A DNA stretch of 32,000 nt, taken from Gammaproteobacteria bacterium (GTDB lineage: Bacteria; Pseudomonadota; Gammaproteobacteria; S012-40). This document shows positions 15,007-23,152 of this stretch, in pieces (within the stretch, counting starts at the first letter, position 1; the number at the start of each line of letters is the position of its first letter). The notes below the pieces were generated by a model. The model did no database searches, was not told the origin of the DNA, and worked only from the letters and a program-made list of their open reading frames with translations. Position numbers and translations under genes: made by a program. The stretch spans positions 136,013-168,012 of the forward strand of contig JAOUMY010000006.1 of the NCBI GenBank assembly GCA_029881255.1, in the 5' to 3' direction.

Positions 15007-16173
15007 TTACTCTTCATCATCCGCATAAAAACTTCGAATACGCTTGAACTCATCTTCAATATTTAGAAACGCTTCAACCACGGCCGGATCAAAATGCGAG
15101 CCGTTGGAATCTACGATAATCCCTTTCGATTTTTCATGACTAAATGCTTCCTTGTAACAACGCTTTGAGGTTAAAGCGTCATACACGTCGCCTAATGCCA
15201 GGATACGCGCTTCTAACGGTATATCGTCACCACGAGTACCGTACGGATAGCCTGAACCATCCCATTTTTCATGATGAAACTCCGCAATAGCGATACCTGT
15301 TTTAATAAACTCATTCCCCGGGTGCTGGCGATCAACAGCGCGCAAGGTATCTGCGCCTATAATCGGGTGCTTACGCATAATTCGCCAGTCATCTTCTGTT
15401 AGCGGACCATTTTTCAGCAATACATCGTCGCTTATTCCCACTTTCCCTATGTCGTGCAGAGGACTCGCGGCATAGATATTATCGATAAACGGCCTATCAA
15501 CGATTCCTTTGAATTTCTCAAGACTCGATAAATGTTCGGAAATAACCTTGCAATACTCTCGCATACGTTCCAGATGCGTTCCCGTCTCCGGATCTCGCGA
15601 CTCCGCCAGCTTCGACATAGCGAATATGGTCGCCATTTGAGTTGAAGTAATCTGCTTAACCTGAGTACGTACTCGCTCACCCAGTTGCTTGTTTACATCT
15701 TCAATGAACTCACGATATTGCAGTTCCCTGTCGTGCAGCCATTTCTTGTGTAAACAGGCGTTAACGCGCGCCTTTAATAGCGTCGGGTTAAATGGTTTAG
15801 GCAAATAGTCTTCAGCGCCGAGCTCGATACATTTTACCGTGGTTTCCATATCGCTCAACGCCGTAATTACCACAACAGGAATACTCTTTAAATTTTCATC
15901 TTTTTTCAAATGCTCAAGAACCTGGTATCCATCCATTTCTGGCATCATCAAATCCAGCAGAATCATGTCCACGGTTTGTTCACGCAATTTGTCCAAAGCG
16001 ATTCGACCATTTTCTGCCACAACGACTTTATGGCCTTGTCGTTGAATACGACGCGTCAACAAATCACGGTTGTTCTCATTGTCCTCAACAACCATAATGA
16101 GCGCTTCCCGCTCAGTCGGATCTGTGTAGATCGCCTCCATTTTCGGCTCAAATTGTTCGTTCTGGCTATTCAT
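15007..16173 (-). CDS. response regulator with HD-GYP domain (RpfG-family c-di-GMP phosphodiesterase)
   Basis: N-terminal receiver (MVVEDNENN, ILLDLMMPEMDG, YLPKPF). C-terminal HD-GYP motifs are HDIGK and HHEKWDGSGYPYG. Confidence 0.85.
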   Translation of the reverse strand: MNSQNEQFEPKMEAIYTDPTEREALIMVVEDNENNRDLLTRRIQRQGHKVVVAENGRIALDKLREQTVDMILLDLMMPEMDGYQVLEHLKKDENLKSIPVVVITALSDMETTVKCIELGAEDYLPKPFNPTLLKARVNACLHKKWLHDRELQYREFIEDVNKQLGERVRTQVKQITSTQMATIFAMSKLAESRDPETGTHLERMREYCKVISEHLSSLEKFKGIVDRPFIDNIYAASPLHDIGKVGISDDVLLKNGPLTEDDWRIMRKHPIIGADTLRAVDRQHPGNEFIKTGIAIAEFHHEKWDGSGYPYGTRGDDIPLEARILALGDVYDALTSKRCYKEAFSHEKSKGIIVDSNGSHFDPAVVEAFLNIEDEFKRIRSFYADDEE

Positions 16174-16189
16174 ATTCTGTATCTCAGCC

Positions 16190-18178
16190 TCATTCCTGTT
16201 TGCGCAGCTTGCGCGCTACCATGCTTTGAATATCAAACAGGAAACTCTCGAGGTCCATATCTCGGCGTTCGTATACCTTTTCCACCTTTCCACTTAATCG
16301 CTTGATCTCATCCGCGCTAAGATCCTTGGAGGTCAACACAACAATGGGAATATCTTTCCATTTCGGGTGTCGACTGACTTCCTCACTGAAACGAAAGCCA
16401 TCCATCTCCGGCATTAACAAGTCCAGCAAAATGAGATCCGGCGTCTCTTTCTCCAGGGTATCCAATGCTTCCAACCCATTTGCCGCTTCGAGTATTCGTA
16501 TTCCCTGTACGGACAGGGTTCGTGCAATAATGCTTCGATTTTCAGGCTTGTCGTCGACGACCAAAACCTTGCTTTCGCTACCGCCCCGCAGATGTTTAAC
16601 CACGGTTTCCATCAAAACGTCTTTTTGTATGGGCTTAATGAGATAGTCTGCGGCACCTAGTGCGAAGCTAAGATCCAGCTCATCCATCATCGAGACCATA
16701 ATCACCGGTATATTTTGCGTTTCCGGGTTACGTTTGAGTTCTGACAAAACGGTCCAGCCGTCCATAACCGGCATCAAAACATCTAACGTGATGATATGCG
16801 GCTTGTATGATGACAGGATAGAAATTCCTTCCTGACCACTGGCAACTGCTTTGACATCGAAACCTTCACGCGTCAGATAGCGTTCCATCAAATCTCTTAC
16901 CGAGGGATCGTCATCGATCACCAGAATTTTGCTTATGACTTTGCGACGCTCAACCCCCGGGTTGTTTCCCGAAAAACGAACATTCTTAGGATCAACTTTG
17001 GGACCAAGGCTAAGTTCCATACCGATCTGATTGGTATGTAGCTTCGCAGAGTTAACCGGTATCGTGACAATATATCGCGCCCCTTTACCTTCCTCACTCT
17101 GTACATCCAGACTGCCGCCGAGAATTTGCGCAAAGCGCTGACACAAAACCAAACCCAGACTTGCGCCCGCCAGTTTTTTTGAAGCATCATTTTCTTCCCG
17201 AAAAAACTCTTCAAAAATCTGCTTTTGTTCTTCCGATGACATTCCAGGACCGTTGTCCTCGACAACAAAAACAATGGAGTCGCGATTAAGACTCTTTTCG
17301 CGGCTGGCACGCAGTACTATCTTGTCGGCATTGGAATGCTTGATCGAGTTACTTATCAGGTTTAACAGAATCTGCCGTACCTTTGTTACGTCAGACAGTG
17401 CAACGCCTAGATTTTCATCCAGCACGAGATCCAGTTGAATTTCATTCGATTGGGCTAAACGACGTATAGTGTCGACCACCTCATTCAGCATGGCGTCGAT
17501 CTGAAAATACTCCAGACTCAAACCCATCTTTCCCGCTTCAATTTTTGACAAATCGAGAATATCGTTGATCAACGATAGCAGGTGCTTCCCGGCATTGTGG
17601 ATGCGTTTCAGATCCGTTTCGCATTGCTCATTTCCGAGCAAATCTTCTTGCAGTATTTCGCTATATCCAATAATTGCATTCAAAGGCGTGCGTAGTTCAT
17701 GACTCATGTTTGCCAGAAACCCACTACGCGCACGACTGGCGGCCATGGCTCTATCTCTGGCAAGCGCCAAATCTCTTACACTGCTTTCCAGGCGATCTTC
17801 CAACTTACGCACAGTACTGGCAGCAACCTTCTCACGCATTTTGTAAGTCGTAACATCTAGACCACGGCCTATGTAAAACACCTGCTCGCTATCGCGTTTC
17901 TGAAAAATGTCGAAATTCAGATATTGTTTGTTTTCTTTGTCCGCTGACAAATCCACCTCGAGGACCGAGTGCCCCTTAGACTCGGCCTGGGCCAACGCCA
18001 GGGTCCAGCTGTTTTGGTTCGCCTGACCAAAGATGTCACTCTGATCCGGAGCGAGATTGTTTATACCTAGTAGCTTTTCCAGGTCCGCGGACACGGCGAT
18101 CACGACATAGTTGTCATCTGCCAGCCACGCATAGCCAGGGGACCGTACAATCTCGTTCTTCCAATCTGCTAGGTTCAT
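16190..18178 (-). CDS. soluble hybrid sensor histidine kinase with two C-terminal receiver domains
   Basis: No transmembrane span. The ~130-aa N-terminal region is possibly PAS-like. It has an H-box (SHELRTPLN), HATPase_c motifs (DNGPGM, GASLGL), REC1 (LVIDDD...ITLDVLMPVMDG...YLIKP) and REC2 (LVVDDK...ILLDLLMPEMDG...VLTSKDL). Confidence 0.85.
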   Translation of the reverse strand: MNLADWKNEIVRSPGYAWLADDNYVVIAVSADLEKLLGINNLAPDQSDIFGQANQNSWTLALAQAESKGHSVLEVDLSADKENKQYLNFDIFQKRDSEQVFYIGRGLDVTTYKMREKVAASTVRKLEDRLESSVRDLALARDRAMAASRARSGFLANMSHELRTPLNAIIGYSEILQEDLLGNEQCETDLKRIHNAGKHLLSLINDILDLSKIEAGKMGLSLEYFQIDAMLNEVVDTIRRLAQSNEIQLDLVLDENLGVALSDVTKVRQILLNLISNSIKHSNADKIVLRASREKSLNRDSIVFVVEDNGPGMSSEEQKQIFEEFFREENDASKKLAGASLGLVLCQRFAQILGGSLDVQSEEGKGARYIVTIPVNSAKLHTNQIGMELSLGPKVDPKNVRFSGNNPGVERRKVISKILVIDDDPSVRDLMERYLTREGFDVKAVASGQEGISILSSYKPHIITLDVLMPVMDGWTVLSELKRNPETQNIPVIMVSMMDELDLSFALGAADYLIKPIQKDVLMETVVKHLRGGSESKVLVVDDKPENRSIIARTLSVQGIRILEAANGLEALDTLEKETPDLILLDLLMPEMDGFRFSEEVSRHPKWKDIPIVVLTSKDLSADEIKRLSGKVEKVYERRDMDLESFLFDIQSMVARKLRKQE

Positions 18179-18338
18179 TAATTTTTCAATAAATTCAATA
18201 TGCTATATGACATCACACATGTCGCGGAATAATCCACTTCTATACTTGTTCAACAGATATCGGCAAGACGCCAGAAAACTACAATGGCGAAATCACGTAT
18301 TTTCTTGTTAATGATTGAAAAATTGGCATGGAAGGGCC

Positions 18339-18373
18339 AAATAAAAAGGTCGGCCAACCTTTCGGCTGCCGAC
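18339..18373 (-). terminator. rho-independent terminator of the His-rich protein gene
   Basis: Minus strand reads GGTCGGC (18373-18367), a 12-nt loop, GCCGACC (18354-18348), then TTTTTATTT. It starts about 27 nt after the stop at 18400. Confidence 0.7.
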
Positions 18374-18399
18374 CCTATATGAAATGAAAAAGATAAAAC

Positions 18400-18951
18400 T
18401 TAATTACTGGAGAATTGCGTACCGCCGCCTTCATGTCCGATGTGCGCAACATGCTCCACAACCTCGATAAGTTCAGCAGAAGCGCGCGCAAGATGTTCAG
18501 ATTTACGGGTACGCTTATACTCTTTTAGCGCAATATAAGACGTCGCCGGGTGAATAATTGCGTCCATCAGACTGAACAACTCACCGAAGTGATCCAGCTT
18601 TTCCAGATCGTGGCCTTTGCTTTTCATGAACTTGCCCATGTGCCATTGATCTTCGATCTCATCCAGACTCATGTTCATCATATTGTCTGCATTATCAACA
18701 ACAGTCCCCAAGATATCTTTATGCTCCGGGTGACGTTGTATGTAGTCATGAGCACCTTTCTTGCCCAGTTCTACTAATTGTTCTTGTACTTTGATGAGAT
18801 GTGTAATGTTGGCAACAAATCCCGAATTGGCTTCCTGGATGGTGTCGTTTGCCAGTTTGGTATATAACACAGTGTCCAGCGCCTGTGCTTGTGTCGAAAC
18901 GGCTAGGCCGAGGCCGATAGCCAGCATTGTTTTCTTTAATGAAATCCCCAT
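18400..18951 (-). CDS. periplasmic His-rich helical protein, unknown function (possible metal binding)
   Basis: Signal peptide ending in AQA-LD. There are 12 His in 183 aa, including the C-terminal HVAHIGHEGGG. The heptad-like hydrophobic spacing suggests a helical bundle. A strong SD (GAGGGAAGG) precedes the start. Confidence 0.5.
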   Translation of the reverse strand: MGISLKKTMLAIGLGLAVSTQAQALDTVLYTKLANDTIQEANSGFVANITHLIKVQEQLVELGKKGAHDYIQRHPEHKDILGTVVDNADNMMNMSLDEIEDQWHMGKFMKSKGHDLEKLDHFGELFSLMDAIIHPATSYIALKEYKRTRKSEHLARASAELIEVVEHVAHIGHEGGGTQFSSN

Positions 18952-19152
18952 AACCCTTCCCTCACGTTTGTAGTTTTTTAAAAAATACCGCCCCTAGTCG
19001 ACCAGATGCAGATGTGTCCGAATCAAAGGCTAGGGCTGGCAGATTAATTGTGGATTAATATGCACCAAAACAAAAAGTTAACATTTGGTAAGAATTGACT
19101 GGTGCGTGGACGAATAAGCTTTACCGGTAAACCTATTCATTAAGTTCAATGT

Positions 19153-20055
19153 CTATCTGTCGGTATAAACGGCTGACTCCAGCGCTACTTTTTTGCTGAG
19201 TTCCTTTGCGGGTTTATTTTCCTTTTGCCCTAGGAAAACATGTCGATAAGCGACGTAAACATAGGCGCCAAACAGGGGAAAAAGCACCGCGCTTGCAATC
19301 GGTACGACGCTCATGGAGACCATGAACATCAATATCCAGGTTACCAGGGCCATACTGATTGCCTGAATATTGATGTAGATTGCGCGCTGACTCAAAGCCT
19401 GTGCCTCAACGTAATTCAGATCATGAAAAACAATCAGCGGAATACTGAAAAAGGTTCTCAATCCTACCAGTGCCAGGATCAGGAAATACAACACTGTCGC
19501 GGTGAGTTTAAAGATAAAGGAAATGGGATTGTCCTTATCCAGTAAGATGCTGGACAAAACTTTATCGCAGGCCTGATATAAATCCCGACTCGGGTGAACA
19601 TATAGAAAAGTCACCCAGATAGAGGCTCCAACCAATAATGCCATTAATGCTAGACGTAATAATTTTTTCTGTTCCGGCAACACCGTACGTAATCTCTCGC
19701 CGGGGTCCGCCGCCAAGGAGTTGTCCGATAAAAAGGCCAGGACGATAAGATCTGTCAGAATAACAAACAAAGAAAAGGCGCAAAATATTAGAAATATACT
19801 CAGGATTAACAATGATGGACTTTCGGGTATAAGAGGAACGACGGCTCGTATCGCGACATACACCGAAACAACAAACAAGGTGACTGAACCAATGAAAACG
19901 AGTAAACGACGACTGATAAGTTCTAACGCCTCCTTCAGCCAAAACAAGGTATCTGCTACGGCAATTCTACGAGGTTCTATGGTCTTCACATTCCCATCCT
20001 TTGCAAGGAAAGACTTACAGTTCATATAGAAATATAGACGTCGAATTTTTTCCAC
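19153..20055 (-). CDS. multi-pass inner-membrane protein, unknown function (YciC/BPSS1780/DUF2189-like topology)
   Basis: About 5-6 hydrophobic spans. The N-terminal cytoplasmic segment IAVADTLFWLKEALELISRR resembles the conserved entry helix of that loosely defined family. The start is uncertain: GTG 20055 or ATG 20025. Confidence 0.45.
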   Translation of the reverse strand: MEKIRRLYFYMNCKSFLAKDGNVKTIEPRRIAVADTLFWLKEALELISRRLLVFIGSVTLFVVSVYVAIRAVVPLIPESPSLLILSIFLIFCAFSLFVILTDLIVLAFLSDNSLAADPGERLRTVLPEQKKLLRLALMALLVGASIWVTFLYVHPSRDLYQACDKVLSSILLDKDNPISFIFKLTATVLYFLILALVGLRTFFSIPLIVFHDLNYVEAQALSQRAIYINIQAISMALVTWILMFMVSMSVVPIASAVLFPLFGAYVYVAYRHVFLGQKENKPAKELSKKVALESAVYTDR

Positions 20056-20440
20056 GCAAGTTGTGTCATGTATTACTCAAAATACCTAATCAATACCAAA
20101 ACGCCACACTCAACTTTTACAGCGGTCGAATAAATCTTTGTCTACGGGTAATATCGAAAACCTGCTTGAGTAGAGTATGCATCTGACACAAACAATCGAA
20201 TGGAATAGAAATACTTTCCACAACAGCCACATTATCCGCAAAAACTGAATTCAAGCCACAAGCTCAAAAAGAGTTCTTTCAATTCGACACGGGATAAAGC
20301 ATACGCCCAGACACAAGGTCTGAGTCTGCAGAGCACCAAAATAGGTGCATAACCAAAACATATGATCTATTTAGAAAGCACTAAATGAACCAGTTGGAAA
20401 CTTTTACTCTTCCTGGCAATACGAATTGAGCAATGTCGTG

Positions 20441-20812
20441 CTAAAAGTGTTCGCGGATGATGTCAGTATCTTTACAAACAGTTGAACCAAGCTTGGAATT
20501 GACGCAAAGACGTAAAAAGATTTCATCATAGCCGATTTCTTCGTCGAGTATCTTGCAAGGTACGGTAAAGGTTCGACTTGCTTCAATTCTGGCTTTGGCA
20601 TCTACGGTGTGCGCGTCGTAACCTGCGCTTCCCAGAGACTTGTTGTGCAGTGTTTCCTTTCCCCATAACTCAACCCAAACCCCAATTTCGTTTGCCAGCC
20701 GATATTCATCCACGCTGAGCAATAGCTCGTAGCGATAGCTAATCTGACAAATCGAACCACTGGGGTAGCTGTCACGGATAATGTGAAAATTAACGTCCTG
20801 AATAATAGGCAC
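20441..20812 (-). CDS. hypothetical protein (123 aa, no signal peptide)
   Basis: Intact ORF with a GTG start, lying between two terminator or spacer regions. The alternating beta-like pattern carries no family motif I recognise. Confidence 0.35.
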   Translation of the reverse strand: MPIIQDVNFHIIRDSYPSGSICQISYRYELLLSVDEYRLANEIGVWVELWGKETLHNKSLGSAGYDAHTVDAKARIEASRTFTVPCKILDEEIGYDEIFLRLCVNSKLGSTVCKDTDIIREHF

Positions 20813-20866
20813 GGTATCGCGTTGTCCTGGAGAATTTTGGGAGAGATTTATTAATACAGAAGAAAG

Positions 20867-20889
20867 AAGCGGGTGACAAGCACCCGCTT
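20867..20889 (-). terminator. terminator hairpin downstream of the Irr-like gene
   Basis: 9-bp stem AAGCGGGTG / CACCCGCTT with a 5-nt loop, beginning 10 nt after the stop. On the minus strand it is followed by CTTTCTTCT. On the plus strand a T6 run follows. Confidence 0.6.
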
Positions 20890-20898
20890 ATAGATTTT

Positions 20899-21318
20899 TT
20901 AGCTTGCCTGGCGAAGTCGAACTACGACTTCAATGCCATCCGCGGCTGTTCCTAACGGTAATGTAGGTAACTCGCCTACGCTAATATTGTCTTTCGAGAT
21001 ATCAACCAGTTCGCCGGTATCAACATTGTAAAAATGATGATGACTGTCTGTATTGGAATCGTAAAAAATCTTGGTTGGATCAATTACGAGTTCACGAACC
21101 AGCCCTTTACGTGCGAACAGACCGAGAGTATTGTAAACCGTGGCTTTTGAAACCTTAGCTCTTTCTACATTGACCTGCGCCAAAACCTGTTCCGCAGAGA
21201 GGTGTTGATGTTTGGCCAACAGTATCTGCGCAATTTCCACGCGTTGCTGAGTGGGTGAAATTCGATGTTTACGCAATACATCGATTACTTCTGATTTACT
21301 TCTTGCTTCGTTCATCAT
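20899..21318 (-). CDS. Fur-family transcriptional regulator, Irr-like (Cys-less, HHH motif)
   Basis: Fur-type winged helix (PTQQRVEIAQILL...LSAEQV...VSKATVYNTLGLFARKGLV). The C-terminal half FYDSNTDSHHHFYNVDTGELVDI...IEVVVRLR parallels Bradyrhizobium/Rhizobium Irr (..THHHYY...HELVDI...IDMVVRLR). It lacks the CxxC pairs of Fur/Zur/PerR. Confidence 0.7.
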   Translation of the reverse strand: MMNEARSKSEVIDVLRKHRISPTQQRVEIAQILLAKHQHLSAEQVLAQVNVERAKVSKATVYNTLGLFARKGLVRELVIDPTKIFYDSNTDSHHHFYNVDTGELVDISKDNISVGELPTLPLGTAADGIEVVVRLRQAS

Positions 21319-21497
21319 GGTCTATGCCCTACCATAAGTTCAGTTTTTATTTGACTTACTGCTTCAACCTGTTCCTCCACTCCAACAACACTTTATTATG
21401 TCTAAAACATCGGCTAAAACCTATGTTTTCTTGAGTGGAATAATGAACATTTTTTTACAATTTTTATAATTAATTGAAACTAGAGCGATTTTAATAC

Positions 21498-22583
21498 CTA
21501 TAATTGGTATAAATATGGTTCGAACAGAGGTGTTTCCCCGAGAAGCAACGTCGCCAGATGCCGCGCCGACGCAGGCCCGAGGACTACACCATTGCGAAAA
21601 TGACCGGTGTTGAGATAGCAGTTCTGGTATTGGGGGTGTTTACATATATAAGGTATTCCATCCTGTGTTCCGGGACGCAGGCCAGCCCAATGCTTTTCTA
21701 TTTTGGCTGTTTTCAACATCGGAATGAGATTTTCCGCATCGGTTTTTAAAGACTCTCGTGCATCCTCAGTTGTCTGTTTATCGAAACCAACATCTTCCAG
21801 GGTGCTACCAACCAACACCCGACCATCTCGACGTGGAATCACATAACGCCCTTTTCGCATCACCATATGTGACACGCTTCCAGGCTCAGTTTGGTATAAC
21901 AACATCTGGCCTTTTATAGGCCTCACTGCCGGGCGAATACCCAGATCGGAGATTAATTGTGCCGACCATGCGCCAGATGCAATGACAAAATCCTCGGCGG
22001 TAATCGATCCCGCGTCAGTTTCCGCAGCAACTATCCTGACTTCGTGATGAGTGAAAGACTTGACTGCATGAGACTCAAAAATCTGCACGCCCAGTTTTTT
22101 TACATAGGCAATTAAAGCTGCAACCAGGCGCGGGTTGCGTACCTGCGCCAGATCTGGAAACCACAGTGCCGAGTCATATGACGGATTAAGACCGGGTTCG
22201 AGATTCCTGATTCCGTCAGTTACGGTTTCAATCGCTGTCGAATAGCTTGTTGCCCATTGATAGGCCTGTTCCCGCTCATCCATATCGAGGAGCAAAATTC
22301 CACTTAACGTCCATTCCGGATCGATACCGGTTTCCGAATGAAGTTGTTGAGACAGTTCTCGGTAGAATGGCTGACTCCACTTGGCCAATTGATTAACGGC
22401 CTCAGAATACCGCCAGGGATAAAGCGGGGACAGAATACCTCCGCCCGCCCATGAGGATTCTTTTCCACACTGTCCACTTTCCAGAATACAAACACGCTTG
22501 CCCGCAAGCGCTAACTCTCTTGCCGTAAGAAGGCCGATGAGTCCGCCACCTATGATTGCAACATCAGCGGTTTGTGTTTTCAA
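21498..22583 (-). CDS. thiO: FAD-dependent glycine oxidase ThiO
   Basis: Dinucleotide fold VAIIGGGLIGL and the ThiO-typical string ESSWAGGGILSPLYPW. 361 aa with a TTG start 8 nt after the pgsA stop. Confidence 0.65.
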   Translation of the reverse strand: MKTQTADVAIIGGGLIGLLTARELALAGKRVCILESGQCGKESSWAGGGILSPLYPWRYSEAVNQLAKWSQPFYRELSQQLHSETGIDPEWTLSGILLLDMDEREQAYQWATSYSTAIETVTDGIRNLEPGLNPSYDSALWFPDLAQVRNPRLVAALIAYVKKLGVQIFESHAVKSFTHHEVRIVAAETDAGSITAEDFVIASGAWSAQLISDLGIRPAVRPIKGQMLLYQTEPGSVSHMVMRKGRYVIPRRDGRVLVGSTLEDVGFDKQTTEDARESLKTDAENLIPMLKTAKIEKHWAGLRPGTQDGIPYICKHPQYQNCYLNTGHFRNGVVLGPASARHLATLLLGETPLFEPYLYQL

Positions 22584-22591
22584 AACGAAAT

Positions 22592-23152
22592 TTAATCTGC
22601 TTGTTTGAAAGCTGGAATGGCGGCCTTCAGATATAACAGCATCGACCAGATGGTCAGCGCCGCGGCAACATAAAGCAGCACTACACCGACCTCGAAGACA
22701 GGAAATTCAAAGATGGGCTCACGATATACCAGGAGACTGATCGCCGCCATTTGCAATGCTGTTTTCACCTTGCCCAATGTCGAAACCGCAACCTGAGCAC
22801 GCTCACCGATTTCCGCCATCCACTCACGCAAGGCTGAAATCGTAATCTCACGACCAATGATAATAGCTGCGGCAATAGTAAAAACCGGCGTCGGGTTAAA
22901 TTCCACCAGCAGCAACAGCGCAACCGCTACCATGATTTTATCCGCAACCGGATCAAGAAAAGCACCAAAACGTGAGGTCTGATCCCACTTACGTGCCAGA
23001 TAACCGTCTGCCCAGTCAGTGATCGCCGCTAATACGAAAACAAAGCAAGTCACTTCATTTGCCCAGGAAAATGGCAAGTAAAAGCACACCACCAGTACTG
23101 GGATGAGGGCGACACGTAGCCAGGTCAGAAACGTAGGTATACTCATTAACAA
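22592..23152 (-). CDS. pgsA: CDP-diacylglycerol--glycerol-3-phosphate 3-phosphatidyltransferase
   Basis: The [15 protein letters not shown]-terminus and the CDP-alcohol phosphatidyltransferase motif [11 protein letters not shown]...[13 protein letters not shown] 23152 directly abuts the uvrC stop. An alternative ATG lies at 23146. Confidence 0.9.
   Translation of the reverse strand: MLMSIPTFLTWLRVALIPVLVVCFYLPFSWANEVTCFVFVLAAITDWADGYLARKWDQTSRFGAFLDPVADKIMVAVALLLLVEFNPTPVFTIAAAIIIGREITISALREWMAEIGERAQVAVSTLGKVKTALQMAAISLLVYREPIFEFPVFEVGVVLLYVAAALTIWSMLLYLKAAIPAFKQAD

Noticed and set aside
19120-19131. Perfect 12-bp palindrome TTTACCGGTAAA just downstream of the membrane-protein gene
   Set aside because: It is a single occurrence with no loop for a terminator hairpin and no second copy in the window. 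The evidence is too thin to call it an operator.
21400-21480. Possible Fur box (GGAATAATGAACATTTTT) upstream of the Irr-like gene
   Set aside because: It matches the GATAATGATAATCATTATC consensus only partly, in a generally AT-rich region. This is not distinguishable from background by eye.
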